A stretch of DNA of 64,000 nt from Hyalangium minutum (lineage in GTDB: Bacteria; Myxococcota; Myxococcia; Myxococcales; Myxococcaceae): assembly GCF_000737315.1 (NCBI RefSeq), contig NZ_JMCB01000012.1, forward strand, positions 62,001 through 126,000, given 5' to 3'. Position 1 is the first letter of the stretch, and each line of letters starts with the position of its first letter. The notes beneath the pieces are model-generated. The model saw only the letters and a list, made by a program, of their open reading frames with translations, searched no databases and was not told the DNA's origin. The translations under genes were made by a program, and so were the position numbers. This document shows positions 30,616 to 40,101 of the stretch, one piece after another.

Positions 30616-32277
30616 ATGCCGCAGTGGGACCATCGCGCGGATGTCGTGGTCGTTGGATCTGGAGGTGCGGCATGTGCTGCAGCAGCCGCCGCCGTGGACC
30701 GAGGCGCCTCGGTCGTCATGCTGGAAGCCGCGGATACGGCTGGAGGCACCACCCGGCGCTCCGGCGGCGCGTACTGGATTCCCAACAACTCCCTCATGCG
30801 AGCCCAGGGGTTCACGGATCCGCGCGCGGATGCCCTGAAGCTGATGGCGCGCCTGGCCTACCCTACGCTCTACGACCCGGACCCGCCGCGGCTCGGGCTG
30901 CCCAAGCTCCAGTACGACTTGCTCGCGGCGTTCTACGACAACGCGTCGTCCGCCATCGACCGGCTGCGCCAGCTGGGCGCGCTGGACCCGATCATCCTGC
31001 CCAATTACGGCTACTCGCCCAACCCGGTCACGGATCCGGACTACTTCGCGGAGCTGCCGGAGAACAAGGCCCCGTACGGGCGCGTGCTCACGGCCAAGTC
31101 GCCTCCCGGCTCCACTGAGTTCCCCGGCCTCTACCTCTCCGAGGGGATGCTGCAACACCTGAGGAGCCGGAACGTGCCCATCCTCCTGGGACACCGGGTA
31201 ACGGACGTCCTGCGGAACGGGCGGGGCGAGGTGATTGGCGTCGAGGCGGAGCACGACGGCTGCACGCGCTTCATCCGTGCGAAGCGCGGGGTGGTGTTCG
31301 GCTCGGGAGGCTTCGCGCACGATCGGGACAAGCTGCGCTCGCACCTGCGGGGCCCCATCTTCGGCAGCTGCAGCGTCACCACGAGCCAGGGCGCCTTCGT
31401 AGACATCGGCGGCAAGACAGGCGCCGAGCTGGGCAACCTCTCCAATGGCTTCTACTACCAGGCGGCGCTCGAGGATCCGGCGGCCCACGAGGGCTACGTG
31501 GTCCGCCCGGACGCGCACGTGTTCTTCCCGTATGGGGACAGCACGATCCTGGTGAATAAGTACGGCCAGCGCGTGGTGAACGAGAAGTCGCCGTACCACG
31601 TGCGGACCCAGAGCCACTTCCACTGGCGCCAGACGGAGTACCCAAACCTGGTGCAGTTCATGATCTGGGACCAGTGGACGGCCAACGAGCCCACGTTCTG
31701 GCCGTGGCGCGGCGTCGTTCCGCTGCCGGGGCAGTCCTCTCCGCTCGTCATCCAGGCGGCGACCCTCGAGCAGCTCGCCCAGCGCATCAGCGCGCGCCTT
31801 GACGCGATGCGCGGCCTGCGCTTCCTGAGCAGCAACATCGTCCCCAACGTGCGGCTCTCACCTGACTTCGTCTCCTCGCTGCGGGCCACCCTCCAGCGCT
31901 TCAACACGTTCGCGGCAACAGGCGTGGACCTCGACTTCCACCGCGGCGAGACACCGCTGGAGCGGGCTTGGCAGGGGCCGTCGCGCAGCACCACCGGCAA
32001 CCGGACGATGTACCCGCTGTCGCCGAACGGGCCGTTCTACTGTGCCATCCTGGGCGCCGCGACGTTGGACACGTGCGGCGGACCGGTGATTGGCACGAAC
32101 GCCCAGGTGCTCCGCCCCGACAGCACGCCCATTCCGGGGCTGTACGGCGCGGGCAACTGCATCGCGTCTCCCACCGGCCAGGCCTACTGGGGCGCAGGCG
32201 GTACACTGGGACCGGCCATCACCTTCGGCTTCATCGCCGGACGGAGCGCCGCCAGCGCCGCGCTGCTCCCGGACTGA
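30616..32277 (+). CDS. FAD-dependent oxidoreductase, 3-ketosteroid delta-1-dehydrogenase (KstD)-like
   Basis: VVVGSGGA, GGTTRRSGGAYWIPNN, TCGGP...PIPGLYGAGN, YWGAGGTLGPAITFG. Confidence 0.8.
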   Translation: MPQWDHRADVVVVGSGGAACAAAAAAVDRGASVVMLEAADTAGGTTRRSGGAYWIPNNSLMRAQGFTDPRADALKLMARLAYPTLYDPDPPRLGLPKLQYDLLAAFYDNASSAIDRLRQLGALDPIILPNYGYSPNPVTDPDYFAELPENKAPYGRVLTAKSPPGSTEFPGLYLSEGMLQHLRSRNVPILLGHRVTDVLRNGRGEVIGVEAEHDGCTRFIRAKRGVVFGSGGFAHDRDKLRSHLRGPIFGSCSVTTSQGAFVDIGGKTGAELGNLSNGFYYQAALEDPAAHEGYVVRPDAHVFFPYGDSTILVNKYGQRVVNEKSPYHVRTQSHFHWRQTEYPNLVQFMIWDQWTANEPTFWPWRGVVPLPGQSSPLVIQAATLEQLAQRISARLDAMRGLRFLSSNIVPNVRLSPDFVSSLRATLQRFNTFAATGVDLDFHRGETPLERAWQGPSRSTTGNRTMYPLSPNGPFYCAILGAATLDTCGGPVIGTNAQVLRPDSTPIPGLYGAGNCIASPTGQAYWGAGGTLGPAITFGFIAGRSAASAALLPD

Positions 32278-32299
32278 CGCCAGCGGCCAGAAGCGCGCT

Positions 32300-33511
32300 T
32301 CAGGAGCGCGCGCTGTGCCAGGCGGCGGACCGCTCGGCCAGGGCGCACCGCAGGACATTCTCCGCGCTGAACCCGTGACCCGAGGCACCGGGGTTGGCGA
32401 TGTGAAGCACCGTCGAGGAGAGCGCGTCGATGAGCACCGGTCGCCGTTGGTCTCCCGAGGGCCGGCCGGTGCGGTAATCAATTGCCTGCCCTTGGAGATC
32501 CGTGCCGGTCTCGCCCACCGTGGCGCCCCCCCGGATGCCCTTCCCAGCCAGTATCCAGCTGGTCTCGGGCCAGTGGTCCTTCCCGCCTGAGGCGCTGTAT
32601 TGCGGCGCCCGGCCGAACTCGCTGCCGATGACGAGCGTCGTCTGCTCGAAGAGCGAGCCGTGCGCGTTATGCGTGGACTTCAACGCGTCGATGAAGCGCG
32701 CGAGGTCATCCAGCGCGGGGACGAGCCGGCGGCGCTGGAGCGCCAGGTGCTCGTGGTGCGCGTCCAGGTGAAGCGAGCGGGTGGAGACGGTGACGGCCTT
32801 GGCGAAGTTGCCTTGGAGGGCGTGGAGCGCAAGCCGCAGCTGCGGGCCCAGCACGGCATCTCGGTACGGCGACGCGGGCTCCGCCGTCCGCAGCAGCCGA
32901 GCGAGTGGATCCTCCGGCCCCTGCTCGCGCGAGCGGAGCCACGGCTCGACCTTTGCCGTGCGGCCTCTCGGGTCGAACAGCGCCTGGGCCAGCGGAAGCG
33001 AGACCCCAGCGGAGGCTGGACCGGCGTCGGACTCGAAGTCCTCCGGTGTCTGCCCCAGCGCCAGGTGAGGAATGGGCGCGTCACCTGGAAGCGCGGCGCC
33101 CAGCAGCTCCCCCAACCAGGGCTCATGAGCGGAGGCCTTCACCCGGCCGCGCTGAGCGGTGCGCTCGCCCACGGGGTGGAGCTCCGTGTCCGTGCGCACG
33201 CCGTGGATGAGGCACAGAGCGGCATCATGCCGGAGCAGGTCTCCAACCAAGGGGCCAAACATCCGGTGCGTCCCCTGCCGGCGCTCATCCGCGCGGTAGC
33301 CTGGCTCGATGCGTCCACGGGTCAACGCAGCGTCCTTGGGGTCGACGGTGAGGACCCCATCGAGTCCCCCCCAGAGGAAGACGCTCACCACGTACTGCCG
33401 AGGAGAAGAGCCGAGGGAACCATTCCAGGCCGACGCCTGTCCTGGCAGCAGAGAGCCTGCGGTCCCCGCCAGCGCAGCTCCCAACAAGGAGCGTCGGGTG
33501 AATCGGCTCAT
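32300..33511 (-). CDS. DUF1501-like Tat-exported protein
   Basis: FTRRSLL twin-arginine signal; VSVFLWGGLDG; LDAH; TTLVIGSEFGRAP; GKDHWP; GGATVGETG. Confidence 0.82.
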   Translation of the reverse strand: MSRFTRRSLLGAALAGTAGSLLPGQASAWNGSLGSSPRQYVVSVFLWGGLDGVLTVDPKDAALTRGRIEPGYRADERRQGTHRMFGPLVGDLLRHDAALCLIHGVRTDTELHPVGERTAQRGRVKASAHEPWLGELLGAALPGDAPIPHLALGQTPEDFESDAGPASAGVSLPLAQALFDPRGRTAKVEPWLRSREQGPEDPLARLLRTAEPASPYRDAVLGPQLRLALHALQGNFAKAVTVSTRSLHLDAHHEHLALQRRRLVPALDDLARFIDALKSTHNAHGSLFEQTTLVIGSEFGRAPQYSASGGKDHWPETSWILAGKGIRGGATVGETGTDLQGQAIDYRTGRPSGDQRRPVLIDALSSTVLHIANPGASGHGFSAENVLRCALAERSAAWHSARS

Positions 33512-33594
33512 GTTCCCCTCCCTCGGATGACTCACCCGCCAGAATACAAGGTTTCTGGACGGAAGCGGCGACAGCCGAGTGGCATATTGGAGAT

Positions 33595-34173
33595 ATGCGG
33601 GGCCGCTCCGTTCTCTTCTGGGTTCTCCTGCCCTTCGTGGGCCTGTGCGCAGTGGCGCTCTGGCTCACCCACCCGGCCGCTCCTCCTTCTCCCGCCGCCC
33701 CAGTCGAGCCGCAGCCTTCCGTCCGGGCGCCCGCGCCTCCTCCTCCCTCGGTCCCCCAGTCCCGGACATTCGGGGAAGGCTCGACGCTGCCCTCCCGCTC
33801 GCCCCCGCCCCCGCCCATCACCATCCCCGAGGCCGAGCCTCGCGAGCAGGCCTCCTCGGGCACCGTGGACAAGGAGGATGTGCGCCAGGCCATCCAGACG
33901 GTGGTTCCGCTGATTCGCGAGTGCTTCCAGGACGTGGCCGAGCGCTTCCCCGGGCCCCACACGGTGACGCTGAAGTTCACCATCGAGGGCCAGGGGCTGA
34001 CCGGGTTCTTCCGGGACGGGGAGGTGGTGGACTCGACCCTCCAGGACCCGTTCGCCCTGGCCTGCTTCCTGGATTCGCTGTTGGATGTCCGATTCCCTGC
34101 CCCCCGAGGGGGTGGCAAGGTGACCATCACCTACCCTTTCCACTTCCAACCTGGGACGGACGCTGGCCGTTGA
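33595..34173 (+). CDS. Membrane-anchored AgmX/PglI C-terminal-domain protein
   Basis: N-terminal TM, Pro-rich linker, IRECF...LKFTI...CFL...RFPAPRGGGKVTITYPFHF. Confidence 0.8.
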   Translation: MRGRSVLFWVLLPFVGLCAVALWLTHPAAPPSPAAPVEPQPSVRAPAPPPPSVPQSRTFGEGSTLPSRSPPPPPITIPEAEPREQASSGTVDKEDVRQAIQTVVPLIRECFQDVAERFPGPHTVTLKFTIEGQGLTGFFRDGEVVDSTLQDPFALACFLDSLLDVRFPAPRGGGKVTITYPFHFQPGTDAGR

Positions 34174-34208
34174 GGCGCCCTTTGCGTAAGGTGCCCTCGC
34201 TCAGCAGC

Positions 34209-35051
34209 ATGCCCGCCACCATCGAACAGCTTGGACCTCAGCACACGGATGCTTTGCGGTCGTTCCTGGCGAAGGACTCGACGCACAACATCTACCTGCT
34301 CGGTCTCTTCGAAGAGTTCGGCATCGTCCCGCGAGCGGGGCGAGCGCGGTTCGCTTTTCACGGCCGGTTCGATGGGAAGAACCTGACGGCGGCCCTCTTC
34401 GTGGGCGGCGAGGGTGGGCTGGTGGTGCCCTCGGCGAGCGACCCGGCCTTCATCAGCGAACTGGCCGAGAGCCTGGGCTCGCAGTTGCGGCTCCAGGCCT
34501 CGGTGGGCGAGAAGCCCACGGTGGATGCACTGGTGCGCATCCTCGGGAACAACGCCAAGCCCCGGCTGTCGCGGGTGCAGCGGCTGTTCGCCGTGTCCGC
34601 CGATGACCTGGGGCCCTTCACCAACCCCATCCTCCGGCTGGCCAAGGAGGAGGACCTGCCCCGGCTGATGCCGCTGGCGCTCGGCGCGGTGCGCGAGCTG
34701 ATGGAGCGGGACCCCCTGGCCGAGGACCCGAACGGCTATGAGGCGCGGGTGATGCAGCGCGTGCGCGGCCGGCGGACCTACGTGCTGGAGGAGAACGGCA
34801 CGCTGATCTTCAAGGTGGACATCGGCAGCCGCTCGCAGCACGGGGCGGAGCTCGAGGGCCTCTACACCCTGCCTCAGGAGCGCAACAAGGGCCACGCGAC
34901 GCTGTGCCTGGGGCAGATCTGCCGGCACCTGCTGTCCTCGCTGCCTCGGCTGGTGATACGGGTGGACGAGAAGGACGAGAGCACGGCGCGAATTGCCCGG
35001 AAGGTGGGCTTCCTGGCCGGACGCGTTCAGCGCCTCGTGTTGTTGGAATAG
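34209..35051 (+). CDS. GNAT acetyltransferase with DUF4081-like N-terminal domain
   Basis: LIFKVDIGS...LEGLYTLPQERNKGHAT acetyl-CoA motif; start trimmed from the ORF track. Confidence 0.8.
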   Translation: MPATIEQLGPQHTDALRSFLAKDSTHNIYLLGLFEEFGIVPRAGRARFAFHGRFDGKNLTAALFVGGEGGLVVPSASDPAFISELAESLGSQLRLQASVGEKPTVDALVRILGNNAKPRLSRVQRLFAVSADDLGPFTNPILRLAKEEDLPRLMPLALGAVRELMERDPLAEDPNGYEARVMQRVRGRRTYVLEENGTLIFKVDIGSRSQHGAELEGLYTLPQERNKGHATLCLGQICRHLLSSLPRLVIRVDEKDESTARIARKVGFLAGRVQRLVLLE

Positions 35052-35056
35052 GAACC

Positions 35057-35677
35057 ATGTCTCGGCCGACGCCCAGCCGCCGCCCTCTCTCGGGAGAGGG
35101 CCCTGTCATCCTCCACTCGGCCACGGATCCGCGTTGGCTGCCGCAGGCCCTCGAGCGCTTCAACGAGGTGCTGGTGGACCATGCCCACTGCGAGAAGAAG
35201 GCTGCGGCGAACGCGCTCTCACTGCTGCAGGCGTACCCGGAGCTGCCGGGCCTTCCGGCGCAGATGGCACGGCTGGCGCGCGAGGAGAGCGCGCACCTGG
35301 CCCGAGTGCTGGACCTGATGGCGGCGCGGGGGCTGACGCTGAGCAAGGACGCGGGGGACCCGTACGCGCAGGGGCTGCAGAAGCTCATCCGGACTCCGGC
35401 GGGGGAGCGAAAGGTGGACCGGCTGCTGGTGGCGGCCATCATCGAAGCACGCTCCTGCGAGCGCCTCTCGCTGCTGTCCGAGGGCTTGGAGGATCCGGCG
35501 CTGCGCCGCTTCTATGGAGAGCTGGCGCAGTCCGAGGACGGGCACCAGTCCCTCTTCTACCGGCTGGCCGTGACGGCGGGCGGAGACGAGGCCACCATCC
35601 ACGAGCGGCTGGAGTTCCTGCTGGCCCGCGAGGCCGAGGTGATTGCCTCCGTGGGGCTGCGCGCCGCGATTCACTGA
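35057..35677 (+). CDS. miaE: tRNA-(ms2io6A)-hydroxylase MiaE-like
   Basis: LVDHAHCEKKAA, REESAH, DRLLVAAIIEARSCER, SEDGH. Confidence 0.88.
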   Translation: MSRPTPSRRPLSGEGPVILHSATDPRWLPQALERFNEVLVDHAHCEKKAAANALSLLQAYPELPGLPAQMARLAREESAHLARVLDLMAARGLTLSKDAGDPYAQGLQKLIRTPAGERKVDRLLVAAIIEARSCERLSLLSEGLEDPALRRFYGELAQSEDGHQSLFYRLAVTAGGDEATIHERLEFLLAREAEVIASVGLRAAIH

Positions 35678-35723
35678 GCGGCGAGCCCGGCTGGTGTGTC
35701 CTCAAGGTTCCCGGAGTCTGGGC

Positions 35724-35767
35724 TGGGTAAAGACAGACACCCGAGCGGCAGGTAAACCGAGACATCC
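35724..35767 (+). repeat. Two degenerate copies of a 19-bp GGGTAAAGCCAGACACCC-like unit, 25-bp period
   Basis: TGGGTAAAGACAGACACCC (35724-35742) and CAGGTAAACCGAGACATCC (35749-35767). Confidence 0.7.
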
Positions 35768-35975
35768 CCTCATTTTCTCAACCCCCTGTAACTGCTGGGA
35801 ATTTCAGCCAGTCTGATGTGTGAATCCGTGAATCACTGGGTTTCGTCGAAATCAGGGGATGGTTCAGATTGATGGCAAGAAGGCGGTGCGTGCGAATTGT
35901 GTGCATCAATTTCCACAGTGCCGGGCTCCAGTCCTTTCGAAGGGACGATTCCTTTCAAACGACTTGGAGAACCTC

Positions 35976-37268
35976 GTGCTTCAGACCTGGAAAACCTGGA
36001 TGCTCACCGCGGGCCTCGCCGCCCAGTTCGCCTGCGGGGGCCCCGCCTCCGACACCCCCGACACGCTGGAGCAACCGCAGGGCGTGGCCCTGACGGGCTC
36101 GAACGCCGTCCAGCGGCTCGACACGGCGCCCCTGGCGAAGGGCGTGGACGTCACGGCGCTCGTCGCTTTGAACTATCACTCGCTCGCGCTCGCCCCCACC
36201 CTGCAAGGCAACGCCTTGTTCAGCCCGGGCAGTGCCAGCTCCATCATCCAGACGAGCGACGGCGGTTATGCGTTCACCGGCACCTTCAAAGCGCTGGGCA
36301 CCGACGACATCCTCCTGGTGAAGCTCGACGCCTTCCTGAATGTCCAGTGGGCCTACGCCTATGGCACCTCCAACGCGGAATCCGGCGTCGAGGTCCGCCA
36401 GACGAGTGATGGCGGGTTCATGATCGCGGGACAGATTTTCCAGAACGCCACCACCAACTTCGATTTCTATCTCGTCAGGACCGACTCCACGGGCAACCCC
36501 TATTGGCAGCTTTCCAACGGCGGCACTCTCCATGAGTACGCCACCGCCATGGAGGTGACTCCTGACGGCGGATGCATCATCGTCGGCAAAACCCAGAGCA
36601 ACCTGGGCTACCAGAACGCCTACATGGTGAAGTTCTCCTCCGTGGGAGCCGTGCAGTGGAGCCGGTCGTTCTCGAGCGGCGACTCTGGAACCTACGAGTT
36701 CAGGGGCGTGGCCAACGTTCCAGGCGGTGGCTATGTCGCCGTCGGCAGCCGGCAGGTCAAGGTGTCCTCGTCGACCTGGGAGACCTTTGGCTACGCCGTG
36801 AAGGTGAACAGCGCCGGCTCGACGCTCTTCGAGGTCAGCTCGGGACGCTTCGCGGGCCTGGAGGCAGTGACCGCGACCTCCACCGGCTACGTGGCCGTGG
36901 GCTACATCTATCCGGTGTCGGGCGCCGACTTCTATGCGGTCCGCTTCAGCCCCACGGGCGGCACCCTCTGGGCCTGGAGCCTCAACGCGGGAACGAACGG
37001 GGATTATCTGAGTGATGTCAAGCTCGCCAGCGATGGCAACTACGTCGTCACGGGCACCATCTCCCCGACCCTGACCCAGCAGAACCTCCGCCTCATGAAG
37101 CTGGATAACAGTGGAATCCGGCTCTGGGATTTCTACCCCTACGCCAGCACCGTGAACACGAATGGTCAGAGCCTCGCCATCACCAGCGATGGAGGCTTCA
37201 TCAACAGCGGCGGCTACACCGACAGCACCAACACCTGGTACCTGCTGCTCAGCAAGTTCTCGCCCTGA
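35976..37268 (+). CDS. Lipoprotein with seven TSDGG-type beta-propeller repeats
   Basis: RBS GGAGA then GTG at 35976; lipobox AQFAC; repeats IQTSDGGY, RQTSDGGF, EVTPDGGC, ANVPGGGY, TATSTGY, KLASDGNY, AITSDGGF. Confidence 0.82.
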   Translation: MLQTWKTWMLTAGLAAQFACGGPASDTPDTLEQPQGVALTGSNAVQRLDTAPLAKGVDVTALVALNYHSLALAPTLQGNALFSPGSASSIIQTSDGGYAFTGTFKALGTDDILLVKLDAFLNVQWAYAYGTSNAESGVEVRQTSDGGFMIAGQIFQNATTNFDFYLVRTDSTGNPYWQLSNGGTLHEYATAMEVTPDGGCIIVGKTQSNLGYQNAYMVKFSSVGAVQWSRSFSSGDSGTYEFRGVANVPGGGYVAVGSRQVKVSSSTWETFGYAVKVNSAGSTLFEVSSGRFAGLEAVTATSTGYVAVGYIYPVSGADFYAVRFSPTGGTLWAWSLNAGTNGDYLSDVKLASDGNYVVTGTISPTLTQQNLRLMKLDNSGIRLWDFYPYASTVNTNGQSLAITSDGGFINSGGYTDSTNTWYLLLSKFSP

Positions 37269-37287
37269 GAGCGCCCCGTGGGCACCA

Positions 37288-37356
37288 TGGGTAAGGCCAG
37301 ACACCCGTAGGATGGGTGAGGCCAGACACCCAAGCTGGGGGTAAAGCCAGACACCC
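37288..37356 (+). repeat. Three tandem REP-like units, 25-bp period
   Basis: TGGGTAAGGCCAGACACCC (37288), TGGGTGAGGCCAGACACCC (37313), GGGGTAAAGCCAGACACCC (37338); GGGT/ACCC arms can pair. Confidence 0.85.
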
Positions 37357-37414
37357 AAGCTGGGGAAGCCTGTCGTGTGTCTTCTCTTCTGCATGCAGTT
37401 GGAAAACTTTACGT

Positions 37415-37441
37415 GTCTGTAGCACTGCGCTACAGACTTTT
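37415..37441 (+). terminator. Perfect 9-bp inverted repeat plus T-run (terminator or operator)
   Basis: GTCTGTAGC-ACTGC-GCTACAGAC-TTTT. Confidence 0.5.
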
Positions 37442-37675
37442 ACAGAAGCAAGGGCGCGGTCCCTCTCCAACGCGTCCAACGGCGGGCACCGTGTCGTGGC
37501 CTGACCGGCTGTCCTCCCGCTCTTACCCCCAGATTCATCGCATCGCCGAGCCACGGAGCCGCTGAGGCTCCGTGCGCCTCTGCTTCACTGCCGTCAATCC
37601 CTGTCACTTGCGACGTTTCGTCGGAAGAGCTGCTTGGCGCGGCTTGGAAGACGTGCGTCTTGAAGGAGCACGTGT

Positions 37676-40030
37676 ATGTCTCATCCCCCGTATCGTTTCC
37701 AGAGCACCCGGAGGGCGCTGCGCAAGACGGCCCTCGTCCTGTCGGCCCTCACCTTCGGCCTCAACGGCTGCAGCACCCAGCCCTCCGCGCCCCAGCAGCA
37801 GGAGCAGGAGGACTCCGCCACCGCCACCTTCTCCATCAAGGCCGCGGACTTCTTCGAGTCCTCTGGCCAGAGCGGCTCCCGCTCCTCCGCTTCGCTGCGC
37901 TCGGCCCAGGCCTTCACCTTCAACGAGGTGACGACGCTGCGCATCACCGTGAAGGACAAGGTCTCCAACACGCCGCTCTACGTGAACTTCGATTTGGGCT
38001 TCTCCGCGGGCGAGTGGAGCGGAGAGATTCCCTTCCTCCCCAAGAACAAGGCGCTCGTCTTCCACGCGGCGGCCCTCAACTCCGCACGCGAGGTGCTCTT
38101 CGAGGGAGACACCGAGCAGACCCTGTCGCTCCCCTACCAGACCATCATCATTGCCCTGTCCGCCGCCAATGACGGCCGGACCATCAGCATCCCCCGCATC
38201 CGGAAGATCTCCGTGCCCTCGGCCTTCGGCTCTGACCAGGCCGGCAACGTCTCCTTCTCCGTGGAGGCCAACACCGGAGAGACGCTCACCTATGAAATCA
38301 CTCCCGCGCAGGGAGGCGGCACCTTCTACCCGGTGAACGGCTCCTTCACCCTGGCGACCACCTCGGGCACCTTCGTCAGCCAGTACGTGCCGCCCACCGT
38401 CAGCTCCAACACCGAGTTCGAGCACACGGTGAAGGTCACCAACCCGGCTGGCCACTCCGTCACCACCACCTTCAAGACCAAGATCAAGCCGCCCGGTACC
38501 ACCGACGGCGTGCAGAACACCGGCATCACGGTGCTCTTCGCCCCGGTCATCAACAGCGTGAGCTCGAGCCGCATCACCGGCACCGGCAACGTGCTCTTCC
38601 AGGCCTCGGTGGCTGACAACGACGCCGCGACGGACCTCCGGTACGCCTGGAGCTTCACGTCCGCCCCGAGCACGAACTTCAACCTGACCTTCACCAACAA
38701 CGGCACCACCAACCCCGCCACCCTGCAGAATTACACGACGGCCGCGCAGGGCACCATCACGCTGGCCGTGACGGACACCGACAACGCGACGACGACGCTC
38801 ACCTACCCGCTGACGCCCAACCAGTTCCCCGACAACCCCGTCGTGGAGGGCGGGCTGACCGGCATCAACACCATCCGCGCGGGCGAGTCCCACACCTGCG
38901 CGCTCTTCAACAACGGCAACCTGCGCTGCTGGGGGCTCAACAGCAGCGGCGAGCTCGGCTACGGCAACACCTTCGACATCGGCGATAACGAGCAGCCCTT
39001 CACGGCGGGCGACGTGCCGCTGGTGGGCGTGGGCTCCAAGCTGGCGGTGGGCGCCCACCACACCTGCGCCCTGCTGGACACGGGCCTGGTGCGCTGCTGG
39101 GGCAACAACCAGTACGGCCAGCTCGGCTACAACACCACCCTCAACGTGGGGGATGGCGAGCCCATCGTCAACTACGGCTACGTCAACCTGGGCGGCATCG
39201 CGGTGAAGATCGCCGCGGGCGCCGAGCACACCTGCGCCCTGATGAACACGGGCAACGTGCGCTGCTGGGGCCGCAACAACTACGGCCAGCTCGGCCGGGG
39301 CCACGCCAATGACGTGGGTGACAACGAGCAGCCGTATGAAGGCGGGGACAGCGACGTGAACGTGGGAGGCACCGTGAAGAACATCGTCGCCGGTGGCCAC
39401 CACACCTGCGCCCTGCTGGACAACGGCCACGTGCGCTGCTGGGGCTTCAACGCCTACGGCCAGCTGGGCTACAGGGACCACACCCCTCTCGGTGACAGCG
39501 AGGATCCCGCCTCCAGGGGAGATGTGCCGGTGGGCGGAGACACCGTCCTGCAGCTGGCGGCGGGCGAGAACCACACCTGCGCGGTGCTCAGCACCGGCAA
39601 CCTGCGCTGCTGGGGCTACAACGGCTTCGGCCAGCTGGGCTACGGCAACACCGCCAGCGTCGACACGCCCTCCGAGGCGGGTGATGTGGACGTGGGCGGT
39701 CAGGTGCTCCAGGTGGCCACGGGCAAGCTCCACACCTGCGCCCTGCTGGGCACCGGCGACCTCAAGTGCTGGGGCAACGGCGGCAGCGGCCGGCTGGGCT
39801 ACGGCAGCGCCTCGCACCGGCTCGCGCCCACCACCGTTGTGGACTTGGGTGGCTCCAGCGCCTTCCAGGTGACGGCGGGTGGCAGCCACACCTGCGCGCT
39901 GCTGAGCACGGGCGGCGCCCGCTGCTGGGGTGAGAACGCGGCCGGCCAGCTGGGCTACGGCCACGTCCGCGACATCGGCGACACCGAGCTGCCCTCCTCC
40001 GAGAACGACCTCCAGCTCCTCGCGCCGTAG
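37676..40030 (+). CDS. Lipoprotein: Ig-like stalk plus seven RCC1/BLIP-II repeats
   Basis: Lipobox LNGC; seven HTCAL...G...CWG.N..GQLG repeats. Confidence 0.92.
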   Translation: MSHPPYRFQSTRRALRKTALVLSALTFGLNGCSTQPSAPQQQEQEDSATATFSIKAADFFESSGQSGSRSSASLRSAQAFTFNEVTTLRITVKDKVSNTPLYVNFDLGFSAGEWSGEIPFLPKNKALVFHAAALNSAREVLFEGDTEQTLSLPYQTIIIALSAANDGRTISIPRIRKISVPSAFGSDQAGNVSFSVEANTGETLTYEITPAQGGGTFYPVNGSFTLATTSGTFVSQYVPPTVSSNTEFEHTVKVTNPAGHSVTTTFKTKIKPPGTTDGVQNTGITVLFAPVINSVSSSRITGTGNVLFQASVADNDAATDLRYAWSFTSAPSTNFNLTFTNNGTTNPATLQNYTTAAQGTITLAVTDTDNATTTLTYPLTPNQFPDNPVVEGGLTGINTIRAGESHTCALFNNGNLRCWGLNSSGELGYGNTFDIGDNEQPFTAGDVPLVGVGSKLAVGAHHTCALLDTGLVRCWGNNQYGQLGYNTTLNVGDGEPIVNYGYVNLGGIAVKIAAGAEHTCALMNTGNVRCWGRNNYGQLGRGHANDVGDNEQPYEGGDSDVNVGGTVKNIVAGGHHTCALLDNGHVRCWGFNAYGQLGYRDHTPLGDSEDPASRGDVPVGGDTVLQLAAGENHTCAVLSTGNLRCWGYNGFGQLGYGNTASVDTPSEAGDVDVGGQVLQVATGKLHTCALLGTGDLKCWGNGGSGRLGYGSASHRLAPTTVVDLGGSSAFQVTAGGSHTCALLSTGGARCWGENAAGQLGYGHVRDIGDTELPSSENDLQLLAP

Positions 40031-40045
40031 TTCCCCGTCGTGCTG

Positions 40046-40080
40046 GGGCGAGGGCTCTCCCGGGCCCTCGCCCTTTTCTT
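40046..40080 (+). terminator. Intrinsic terminator-like hairpin
   Basis: GGGCGAGGGC-TCTCCCGG-GCCCTCGCCC followed by TTTTCTT. Confidence 0.78.
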
Positions 40081-40101
40081 GCGGCCACGAAGGTGACCTT
40101 C

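Noticed and set aside
35818-35836. CRP-like site TGTGAATCCGTGAATCAC
   Set aside because: Half-site spacing is 9 bp rather than the required 6.
37288-37356. CRISPR mini-array
   Set aside because: Units are 19 bp with only 6-bp, partly identical spacers, and there are no cas genes.
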